A DNA stretch of 64,000 bases from Pseudomonadota bacterium (GTDB lineage Bacteria > Pseudomonadota > Gammaproteobacteria > Steroidobacterales > Steroidobacteraceae), in NCBI GenBank assembly GCA_025360865.1, contig JANYBG010000140.1, forward strand, positions 5,342-69,341, read 5' to 3'. Shown one piece after another: positions 31,180-38,931 of the stretch. Below the pieces are notes generated by a model that searched no databases, had not been told where the DNA came from, and saw only the letters and a list, made by a program, of their open reading frames with translations. Positions within the stretch are counted from its first letter, which is position 1. Each line of letters begins with the position of its first letter. The translations under genes were made by a program, and so were the position numbers.

Positions 31180-32655
31180 ATGACCCCCACCAGCGAGGCG
31201 ACCGCCACCCCCGGTTCCCCCATCTTCGGGCAGCCCCGCGGCATCGCGACGCTGTTCCTCACCGAGATGTGGGAGCGCTTCACCTACTACGGCATGCGGG
31301 CGCTGCTCATCACCTTCATGGCCGCGGCGGTGACCAAGGGCGGCCTGGGCATCAACGACACTTCCGCGAGCGCGATCTACGGGCTGTATCTGGGAAGCAC
31401 CTACCTGCTCGGCCTGGCCGGGGGCTGGCTGGCTGATCACCTGCTTGGCTCGCAACGCGCGGTCCTAAGCGGCGGCTTCCTCATCATGATCGGCAACGCG
31501 CTGCTCGCCTTAGGCGACACCTCGGTGTTCTTCGTCGGGCTGCTGGTGATCGCGATGGGCGTGGGGCTGCTCAAGCCCAACGTCAGCGCGCTGGTGGCCT
31601 CGCTGTACCCCGAAGGTGGCTCGCGCCGAGACGCGGGGTTCTCGATCTTCTACATGGGCATCAACCTCGGGGCCTTCATTGGTTCGCAGCTGGTGCCATG
31701 GTTCGCGCACTGGTTCGGCTGGCGCTGGGGCTTCGCGCTGCCGGCGGTCGGCATGGCCATCGGCATCGCGCAGTTCCGCTGGACGCGCCAGTACCTCAAC
31801 AACGCCGGCCTGCCCCCGGAACGGCGCGGCTCGTGGACCCCGGTGGTCGTGCTGCTCGCGATCCTCACCCTGGTGGTCGCCGCCGCGGTCACCGGCACGC
31901 TGCGCATCAACCCGGTGGCGCTGTCGAACGCGGCCACCTGGGCGTACGCGGCACTGGGCATCGGGTACTTCATCTACCTCATCTTCTTCGCGGGCCTCAC
32001 CGCGGTGGAGCGCAAGCGCGCCTGGGTGATGGTGGCGCTGTTCGTGGGCTCGGTCATGTTCTTCGCCGGCTACGAGCAGCAGGGGGCCTCATTCAACCTG
32101 TTCGCCGATCGCTACACCGACCTGCGCGTCATGGGCCTGAACATCCCCTCCGGGGTGCTGCAGGCGGTCAATCCGTTCTTCGTCATCACCTTCGCCCCGG
32201 TGCTCGCGGCCGTGTGGATCACCCTGGGCAGGCGCGGGCTGGACCTGCCGGCGACCGTCAAGTTCGGCCTCGGGCTCATCTTCCTGGGCTTGGGGTTCCT
32301 CGTCATGTACTTCGCCTCACTGCACGTGCTCGCAGGGGAGATGGTGCTGCCGACTTGGCTCGTGGCGACCTACCTGCTGCACTCGCTCGGGGAGCTGTGC
32401 CTCTCGCCGGTCGGGCTTTCCTACATGAGCAAGCTTGCCCCGCGGCGCTTCGTCGGTCAGGTGATGGGCATGTGGTTCCTGTCGATGGCGCTGGGAAGCA
32501 ACATCGCCGGCCAGCTCTCGGGCACCTACGACTCAAGCCACCTGGAGTCACTGCCGGCCTTGTTCCTGCGGGTGTTCTGGTACGGGGCGGTCGTGGGCGT
32601 GGTGATGCTGCTGCTGACGCCTGTGATCAGGCGCCTGATGGTGGGTGTTAAATAA
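31180..32655 (+). CDS. proton-dependent oligopeptide transporter (POT/PTR2, DtpT-like)
   Basis: 491 aa, about 14 TM. Signature ...TEMWERFTYYGMRALLITFM... Confidence 0.9.
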   Translation: MTPTSEATATPGSPIFGQPRGIATLFLTEMWERFTYYGMRALLITFMAAAVTKGGLGINDTSASAIYGLYLGSTYLLGLAGGWLADHLLGSQRAVLSGGFLIMIGNALLALGDTSVFFVGLLVIAMGVGLLKPNVSALVASLYPEGGSRRDAGFSIFYMGINLGAFIGSQLVPWFAHWFGWRWGFALPAVGMAIGIAQFRWTRQYLNNAGLPPERRGSWTPVVVLLAILTLVVAAAVTGTLRINPVALSNAATWAYAALGIGYFIYLIFFAGLTAVERKRAWVMVALFVGSVMFFAGYEQQGASFNLFADRYTDLRVMGLNIPSGVLQAVNPFFVITFAPVLAAVWITLGRRGLDLPATVKFGLGLIFLGLGFLVMYFASLHVLAGEMVLPTWLVATYLLHSLGELCLSPVGLSYMSKLAPRRFVGQVMGMWFLSMALGSNIAGQLSGTYDSSHLESLPALFLRVFWYGAVVGVVMLLLTPVIRRLMVGVK

Positions 32656-32801
32656 TCGTGACGGCAGCGCGATGCGCCAGACCGCCGCCGGCGCACAAGC
32701 CGAAAGCGCGCCGAGCCGTTCGTCGCGCGGATCCGCGGGCGCCGCGGCGGGAGCCAGGCGCTTGGCACCGGGAGGCGGCTGAAGAGCGCCGGCGCGATCG
32801 C

Positions 32802-33173
32802 CTAGGGCAGCGGGGTGGTCGCCTCGACCCCGTTGGCCGCGGTCACGAAGTACTCGGTATCGCCGAAGCAGGAATTCGGGATCCACTTGTGCTGCTCGTA
32901 GTGCACCGCGACGCGCTTGCCGATGGTGGTGTTGAGCACTTTGGCGACCGCATCGTCGCGCACGGTGAACAGGAACTTCTCCGCGACCGTGCCCGGCTGC
33001 GAGACCATGGCCATCTCGCCCTCCCAGGTCTTGCATAGCCAGCCGCGGCGCGAGAACTTCTGCACGTAGCCGGCGCGCTCGCCGTCGGAGTAGGTGTAGG
33101 AGAGGCTGAGCCAGGTGATGCCCGCCAACACGACGACGATCACGGCGAAAATGACGGCGAGTATTTTGAGCAT
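32802..33173 (-). CDS. hypothetical membrane-anchored protein
   Basis: Internal ATG (codon 40) of the track ORF. 123 aa with an N-terminal TM helix (MLKILAVIFAVIVVVLAGITWL) and a soluble domain. Family not recognised. Confidence 0.6.
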   Translation of the reverse strand: MLKILAVIFAVIVVVLAGITWLSLSYTYSDGERAGYVQKFSRRGWLCKTWEGEMAMVSQPGTVAEKFLFTVRDDAVAKVLNTTIGKRVAVHYEQHKWIPNSCFGDTEYFVTAANGVEATTPLP

Positions 33174-33259
33174 GACGCGGGGCCTTGGCGGTGTGGCGAT
33201 GTGTTCGCTCTTGGGAGTCAAGCATACCGCGCCGCGCGCGACGCGGCTAAGATGACCCC

Positions 33260-33660
33260 ATGGATGCGCAGCCGCTGGCGGGCCGGACAATCGCGGTTCC
33301 CGAGACCCGGGAGCTGGAGGTGTTCGCAGGGCTCCTTGAGCGGCGTGGGGCGCGCGTGCTGCGCTGCCCGCTGGTGAGCATCCTTGACGCCCCCGACCCC
33401 GCGCCGGTCCTCGCCTTCGCGCGCGCCTTCGCCGCCGGCGACTGCGACGACCTGATCCTCACCACGGGCGAGGGCCTGCGGCGCATCCTCAGCTGAGTCT
33501 TTCTTCCTCAAGCCGCTGACGACGACGCTGGAGGAGGCGCTGGGCGCGAAGGGTTGAGGCGTATCGGCGCCGCGGGGATTTGCGATAGCCTTGGGATTCG
33601 CGCCCGAGAACGCGCGCCTGGGCGCTGCCGCTTGCATGACTGGCCTGGAGACGCAACAAC
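33260..33660 (+). pseudogene. uroporphyrinogen-III synthase (HemD/HEM4)-like gene remnant
   Basis: 78 codons (LAGRTIAVPETRELEVFAGLLERRGARVLRCPLVSILDAPDP...DDLILTTGEGLRRIL) resemble a HEM4 N-terminus and then stop. Weaker similarity continues in another frame (...LEEALGAKG*GVSAPRGFAIALGFAPEN), and the region ends at the OPT transporter ATG. Confidence 0.4.
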
Positions 33661-35646
33661 ATGACCACTGAATCGCGGGCGGAACTGACCTTGCGCGGCC
33701 TCGTGCTCGGCGTACTGATCACCGTGCTGTTCACCGCCGCCAACGTCTACTTCGGTCTGAAAGCCGGGCTGACCTTCGCCACTTCCATCCCCGCGGCGGT
33801 GATCTCGATGGCGCTGCTGCGCGCGGTCAAGGGCTCGACCCTGCAGGAGAACAACATCGTCCAGACGGTCGCCTCCGCGGCCGGCACGCTCTCCTCGATC
33901 ATCTTCGTGCTGCCGGGCCTGGTCATGATCGGCTGGTGGCAGGGTTTCCCTTACTGGGTTTCCTTCGCCATCTGCGTCTTCGGCGGGATCCTCGGCGTCA
34001 TGTACTCGATCCCGCTGCGCCGCGCGCTGGTCTCGCAGTCCGACCTGCCCTACCCGGAAGGGGTCGCCTGCGCCGAGGTGCTGAAAGTAGGCAGTGGCGA
34101 GCACGGCGCCGGAGTCGAGGAAACCAACGCTGGACTGAAGGCCCTGCTGTGGGGCTCGATCGTCTCGGCGGTGTTCTCACTGGTCGTCGCCACACGCCTG
34201 TTCGCCGGCGACGTCGCGCGTAACTTCCGTGTCGGCGAGCGCGGGGTCTCCGGCTACGACTTCCTGCTGTCGTTCGCGCTCTTCGGGGTCGGCCACCTGG
34301 TGGGCCTGTGGGTCGGCGTCGCGATGCTGGTCGGCGCGCTGATCTCCTGGGTGTGGGGCGTGCCGCACTTCGCCACCCTCACCCCGGATGCGGCGAATCT
34401 GGCGGCCAACTCCCTCGATGCCCTGGCGCACGATACCTGGAGCCACAAGGTGCGCTTCGTCGGCGCCGGCACGATCGGTGTGTCCGCGGTGTGGACACTC
34501 GCGAAGCTCGTCGGCCCAGTCGTGGCCGGATTGCGCTCCGCCATGACGGCGGCCCGCGCGCGCAAGGCAGGCCAGGCGGCGATGCTGCCACGCACGGAGC
34601 AGGACATTCCCATCGGCATTGTCGGGATCGTCTCGGTGCTGTGCGTCCTGCCCATGGGGTTCGTGCTCGCCGGCGTCGCCAATGCCACAGGCCTGGGCGA
34701 GCACCTGTGGTTCCTCGTCGTGAGCGCGGTGATCTACATCGCGATCATGAGCTTCCTGGTCTCGGCGGTGTGCGGCTACATGGCGGGCCTCATCGGCTCA
34801 TCCAACAGCCCGCTGTCGGGTATCGGCATCCTGGCCGTCATCGGCTTCGCGCTGATCCTGGTGTTGGGCCTGCCGTCGGCGACGCTGGCCGAGTCGGGGC
34901 GCTCGCTCGTGGCCTTCGCGCTGCTCACGACCGCGGTGGTGTTCGCCGCGGCGGCGATCGCCAACAACAACCTGCAGGACCTAAAAACCGGCCAGCTCGT
35001 GGACGCCACACCCTGGAAGCAGCAGGTGGCGCTCGTGGTGGGCGTGGTGGCGGGAGCCGCCATTATCCCGCCGATCCTGGACCTCCTGAACAAGGCTTAC
35101 GGGTTCGCCGGCGCCCCCGGGCCGCACCACGAGCATCCGCTGCCCGCCCCGCAGGCGGGGCTGATCTCGGCGCTCGCCCAGGGCGTCATCCAGCACAACG
35201 TCGACTGGAGCCTCATCGAGATCGGCTTCGGGATCGGCGTGGCCCTCATCCTCATCGACATCGGGCTAAGGAAGATGAAGCCCGGCGCGCACCTGTCACC
35301 GCTGGCGGTGGGACTGGGCATGTACCTGCCGACTCAGAGCACGTTGATGGTGGTCGTTGGCGCGGTCGCCGGATGGCTGTACGACCGCAACGCCGACCGC
35401 GGCGCCCGCGGGGAGGCGAAGAAGCAGCTGGGCGTGCTGCTCGCCTCCGGCATGATCGTCGGCGAGGGACTGATCGGGGTGCTGGTGGCCGCGATCGTCG
35501 CCTTCTCAGGCAAGGACTTCCCGCTGTCGATCGTGAGCGATGCGTTCGCCGACGGGACCGCGGTCTGGCTCGGCGGCGCGGTCTTCGCGATCGTGATCTA
35601 CGCGCTGTACCGCCGCGTCGGGCGCTCGCTCACCACCCTGGCCTGA
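33661..35646 (+). CDS. OPT family oligopeptide transporter
   Basis: 661 aa, many TM. N-terminus ELTLRGLVLGVLITVLFTAANVYFGLKAGLTFATSIPAAVISMALL is typical of bacterial OPT proteins. Confidence 0.88.
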   Translation: MTTESRAELTLRGLVLGVLITVLFTAANVYFGLKAGLTFATSIPAAVISMALLRAVKGSTLQENNIVQTVASAAGTLSSIIFVLPGLVMIGWWQGFPYWVSFAICVFGGILGVMYSIPLRRALVSQSDLPYPEGVACAEVLKVGSGEHGAGVEETNAGLKALLWGSIVSAVFSLVVATRLFAGDVARNFRVGERGVSGYDFLLSFALFGVGHLVGLWVGVAMLVGALISWVWGVPHFATLTPDAANLAANSLDALAHDTWSHKVRFVGAGTIGVSAVWTLAKLVGPVVAGLRSAMTAARARKAGQAAMLPRTEQDIPIGIVGIVSVLCVLPMGFVLAGVANATGLGEHLWFLVVSAVIYIAIMSFLVSAVCGYMAGLIGSSNSPLSGIGILAVIGFALILVLGLPSATLAESGRSLVAFALLTTAVVFAAAAIANNNLQDLKTGQLVDATPWKQQVALVVGVVAGAAIIPPILDLLNKAYGFAGAPGPHHEHPLPAPQAGLISALAQGVIQHNVDWSLIEIGFGIGVALILIDIGLRKMKPGAHLSPLAVGLGMYLPTQSTLMVVVGAVAGWLYDRNADRGARGEAKKQLGVLLASGMIVGEGLIGVLVAAIVAFSGKDFPLSIVSDAFADGTAVWLGGAVFAIVIYALYRRVGRSLTTLA

Positions 35647-35671
35647 GGGCACCCCGCCGAGCGAAGCCGTT

Positions 35672-36040
35672 TCAGGCGCGCTGGTACTTCTCGAAGCCGC
35701 GCTTGCCGATGAACCAGGAGCCGACCCAGCCGACGAGCCAGACGATGATCGCCGTGAGGAACGCGGCCCTGAAGCCATCGAGGTGGAAGGACGGCAGCAT
35801 CCAGGCCACCAGGGCCACCATCGCCGCGTTCAGAATGAAGAGGAACAGGCCGAGTGTCAGCAGCGTGATCGGCAGCGTCAGGATGAAAGCGATGGGACGC
35901 ACGATCGCGTTGACGACCCCGAGCAGGAGTCCCGCGATCAAGAGCGTCGGCACGGAATCGATGTGCACCCCGGGCACCCACTGCGTGGCGATCCACAGGC
36001 CGGCGGCGGTGATCACCGCGCGCAGAATGAATCCCATCAT
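35672..36040 (-). CDS. DUF360 / phage holin family IV-like membrane protein
   Basis: 122 aa, four TM. ...AAGLWIATQWVPGVHIDS...VNAIVRPIAFILTLPITLLTLGLF... Confidence 0.8.
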   Translation of the reverse strand: MMGFILRAVITAAGLWIATQWVPGVHIDSVPTLLIAGLLLGVVNAIVRPIAFILTLPITLLTLGLFLFILNAAMVALVAWMLPSFHLDGFRAAFLTAIIVWLVGWVGSWFIGKRGFEKYQRA

Positions 36041-36486
36041 GAGACAGCTCCTGGCTTGAGTTGCTTTTCCACGTAGACCTTAAGTCGCGTCAGCGCCTGC
36101 TGCCAGCTGGCGCGCAGCCGCGAGTACTGAGTATCCCACTGCCCGCCCGCGGGCACACCCGCGCCCAGCAGGCGCACGATGGTGCCGCCCGCGACCGGGT
36201 CGAGGATGAAGTCATCGATCATCACCGAACCCGCCGGCGGCAGCGATGACACCGGCAGGTATATCAGGCGCAGGCGCCTGGGCGGGTCAAACACGTCGAT
36301 GTGCGCCTCGAACTCGGTGACACGATCGACGCTGGCGCGGAACAGGCCGCCGGCGCGCGGCTGTATGCGCGCGCCCGGCGCGCACCAGCGCGCGAGATGC
36401 GCCGCACCCGTCAGCGCACTCCAGACATCGGGCGCGGGGGCGAGGATATCCACCCGATGCGCGTAGCCTCGCTCCTTGTCGCTCAT
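36037..36486 (-). CDS. SRPBCC domain protein
   Basis: Start at MSDKERGYAHRVDILAPAPDVWSALTGAAHLARWCAP... (codon 19 of the track ORF). 4-nt overlap with the DUF360 gene. Confidence 0.72.
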   Translation of the reverse strand: MSDKERGYAHRVDILAPAPDVWSALTGAAHLARWCAPGARIQPRAGGLFRASVDRVTEFEAHIDVFDPPRRLRLIYLPVSSLPPAGSVMIDDFILDPVAGGTIVRLLGAGVPAGGQWDTQYSRLRASWQQALTRLKVYVEKQLKPGAVS

Positions 36487-36525
36487 GGAGTCATTGTGCC
36501 ATTCTGTCTGGATACGGGAGGATTC

Positions 36526-36918
36526 ATGAACTGGGTACACCTTGTCATCGGCCTCGCCCTGCTGCAGTTTTTCATCTTCGGCATGGCGGTGGGCAAGGCG
36601 CGCGGCACCTACAACGTGGCCGCTCCCGCGACCACCGGCAACGAGGTGTTCGAGCGCTACTTCCGTGTGCAGATGAACACGCTGGAGAACCTCGTCATCC
36701 TCGTGCCCGCGCTGCTGCTGTTCGCCACCTTCGTGAGCCCCGCCTGGGCCGCGGGGCTGGGCGCGGTCTACCTCATCGGCCGCATCATGTACTTCCGGGC
36801 CTACGTGAAGTCCCCGCAGTCACGCAGCTGGGGCTTCGCGGTCTCGGCGCTGCCGAACCTCACCCTGCTCGTCGGCGGCATCATCGGGGTCATCGTGGCC
36901 CTGGCGCGCAATGGCTGA
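36526..36918 (+). CDS. MAPEG family membrane protein (microsomal GST-like)
   Basis: Internal ATG with GGGAGGA upstream. 130 aa, 3-4 TM. ...ERYFRVQMNTLENLV...YLIGRIMYFRAY... Confidence 0.8.
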   Translation: MNWVHLVIGLALLQFFIFGMAVGKARGTYNVAAPATTGNEVFERYFRVQMNTLENLVILVPALLLFATFVSPAWAAGLGAVYLIGRIMYFRAYVKSPQSRSWGFAVSALPNLTLLVGGIIGVIVALARNG

Positions 36919-36942
36919 GGTCGCCGCCCGAGCCCTCGGGCC

Positions 36943-37590
36943 CTAGGCCGCCGGCCGCGCGCGCCGTCGTCGCAGATACGCGACCGCCAGCGGGATCAGC
37001 GAGACAATGACGATCAGGATCGTCACCACCCCGAAGTTGTTCCTCACCAGTGGGATGTTGCCGAAGAGGTAGCCGCCCCAGATGAAGAGGACCACCCACA
37101 CTGTCCCGCCCAGCAGGTTGTAGCCGAAGAAGCGCGCGTAGGGCATGCGGCCGATGCCGGCGACGAAGGGCACCAGCGTGCGCAAGATCGGCAGGAAGCG
37201 CGACAAAAACACCGCGAAGCCGCCATGGCGCTGGAAGAAGGCCTCCGTCTGGCGCAGGTAATCGACCTTCAGCAGGCGATACCGGCCGCTGAAGGCGGGG
37301 GGTCCGATCGCCCGCCCGACCCCGTAGTTGGCCATGTTGCCCAGCACCGCCGCGGCGGCCAGCAGCAGCGTCAGCAGCGGCGCGCGCAGCGTGCCGCTGG
37401 TATCGATCGCCGACAGCGCCCCGACCGCGAACAGCAGCGAGTCCCCCGGCAGGAAGGGCGTCACGACCAGCCCGGTCTCGCAGAAGATGACCGCGAAGAG
37501 GATCGGATAGATCCAGAAATCCACGCGCGTGATGAGGTCGACCAGGTGGCGGTCGAGGTGCAGGACGAGGTCCATGAGCCAGCTGAGCAT
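36943..37590 (-). CDS. DedA family membrane protein
   Basis: 215 aa. ...IFCETGLVVTPFLPGDSLLFAVGAL... is the DedA signature. Confidence 0.88.
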   Translation of the reverse strand: MLSWLMDLVLHLDRHLVDLITRVDFWIYPILFAVIFCETGLVVTPFLPGDSLLFAVGALSAIDTSGTLRAPLLTLLLAAAAVLGNMANYGVGRAIGPPAFSGRYRLLKVDYLRQTEAFFQRHGGFAVFLSRFLPILRTLVPFVAGIGRMPYARFFGYNLLGGTVWVVLFIWGGYLFGNIPLVRNNFGVVTILIVIVSLIPLAVAYLRRRRARPAA

Positions 37591-37635
37591 GCCGGGGAGG
37601 ATAGCGAAGCGCGCCTGGGCGCGCCCGAGCGGTCT

Positions 37636-38916
37636 TCAGGGGACGAGGGCCCGCACGGCCAGCATCGCGTGAACCTCGGGCAGGTTGGCGCGCTGCCGCA
37701 GTGTCTCAAGTCCCAGCCGCACGTCGGCATCCCGGGCGACGAGGGAGGCCGCGTCGGTGCCCACGAGATCCGCGGGCGCCGATCCCGGCCCTTCCTCGGT
37801 GATGTCAGGCAGCAGCCCCCGGCCGTGGATCGAGGCCCCGGACGGGGTGAAGTAGCGCGAGGTGGTGAGCTTCACCGCCCCTCCGTGGGCCAGCGGCATG
37901 ACCGTCTGCACGGAGCCCTTGCCGTAGGTGCGACGGCCGACCAACAGCGCCCGCCCATGGTCCTTGAGCGCGCCGGCGACGATCTCCGAAGCCGACGCGG
38001 ACCCCCCGTTCACCAGCACCACCAGAGGGGCGCCGTCGATCAGGTCCCCGGGGGTGGCGTCCATCTCGAAGCGGGCATCCGGGGTGCGTCCATCGGCGGT
38101 CACGATGACGCCGGAGTCGAGGAAGGCGTCGGCCACCGCGACACCGGATTCGAGTACGCCGCCGGGATTGTTCCTTAAATCGAGTAGAAGACCGCGTATT
38201 CCACCGGGATTGTCTCTCTTGAGATTCTTTACCGCGACCTTGAGCTCATCCGCTGTAGCCTCGCTGAAGCTCGAAATGCGCACGTATCCATAGCCGGGTT
38301 CCAGGGTCTGGGCGGCCACGCTGCGCACCTCGACCCGGGCGCGCCGCAGCGCGAATTCAAAGGTCGCAGGCGCGGTGCGGCGGCGGATACTTAAATGAAT
38401 CACGCTTCCGGAGGGTCCGCGAAGGCGCGCGAGCGCCCCTCCCAGGTCAGCTCCGATGTCCACGCCATCGATGCTCACCAGCTGGTCGCCCGCGAGTACG
38501 CCTGCCTGCTGGGCGGGCGACCCTTCGACGGTCTTGAGGATCCTGACGCCCCCCGCCGTGCCGGCCACTTCGATCCCCACCCCGGGGTAGGAACCCATGG
38601 TACTCACCCGGACCTGGTCGAGCTCGTCGCTGTCGAGGTAGGCGGAGTGCGGGTCAAGAGCGGCCACCATGCCGCGGATGGCTTTCTCCATCAGCGCGTG
38701 CGCGTCGACATCGTCGACGTACTCATTCTTGATGCGTGCGTAGACCTCCGCGAAGGCCCGCCCCTCGGGGCCGGGCAGGACACCGGCCTCGGCGGGGCCG
38801 CGGACCAGGGAACTCTGCCGGTCCGCCAGAGCGCCGGAAGCGAGGGCCGCGAACACGCCCAACACCACTCCAAAGGTGAGAGCGAGATTCGTGCGCGCGC
38901 GGGGGGAGGGGCTCAC
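37636..38916 (-). CDS. ctpA: S41 carboxy-terminal processing protease
   Basis: 426 aa. PDZ region, ...LDLRNNPGG..., catalytic GGSASASEI and ...TYGKGSVQ. Confidence 0.9.
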   Translation of the reverse strand: MSPSPRARTNLALTFGVVLGVFAALASGALADRQSSLVRGPAEAGVLPGPEGRAFAEVYARIKNEYVDDVDAHALMEKAIRGMVAALDPHSAYLDSDELDQVRVSTMGSYPGVGIEVAGTAGGVRILKTVEGSPAQQAGVLAGDQLVSIDGVDIGADLGGALARLRGPSGSVIHLSIRRRTAPATFEFALRRARVEVRSVAAQTLEPGYGYVRISSFSEATADELKVAVKNLKRDNPGGIRGLLLDLRNNPGGVLESGVAVADAFLDSGVIVTADGRTPDARFEMDATPGDLIDGAPLVVLVNGGSASASEIVAGALKDHGRALLVGRRTYGKGSVQTVMPLAHGGAVKLTTSRYFTPSGASIHGRGLLPDITEEGPGSAPADLVGTDAASLVARDADVRLGLETLRQRANLPEVHAMLAVRALVP

Positions 38917-38931
38917 AGTTGCCTTGCGTCT

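Noticed and set aside
34308-36059. 583-aa plus-strand ORF
   Set aside because: It is an alternate frame of the OPT transporter and antisense to the DUF360 gene. The Arg/Pro/Gly-rich translation has no domain signature.
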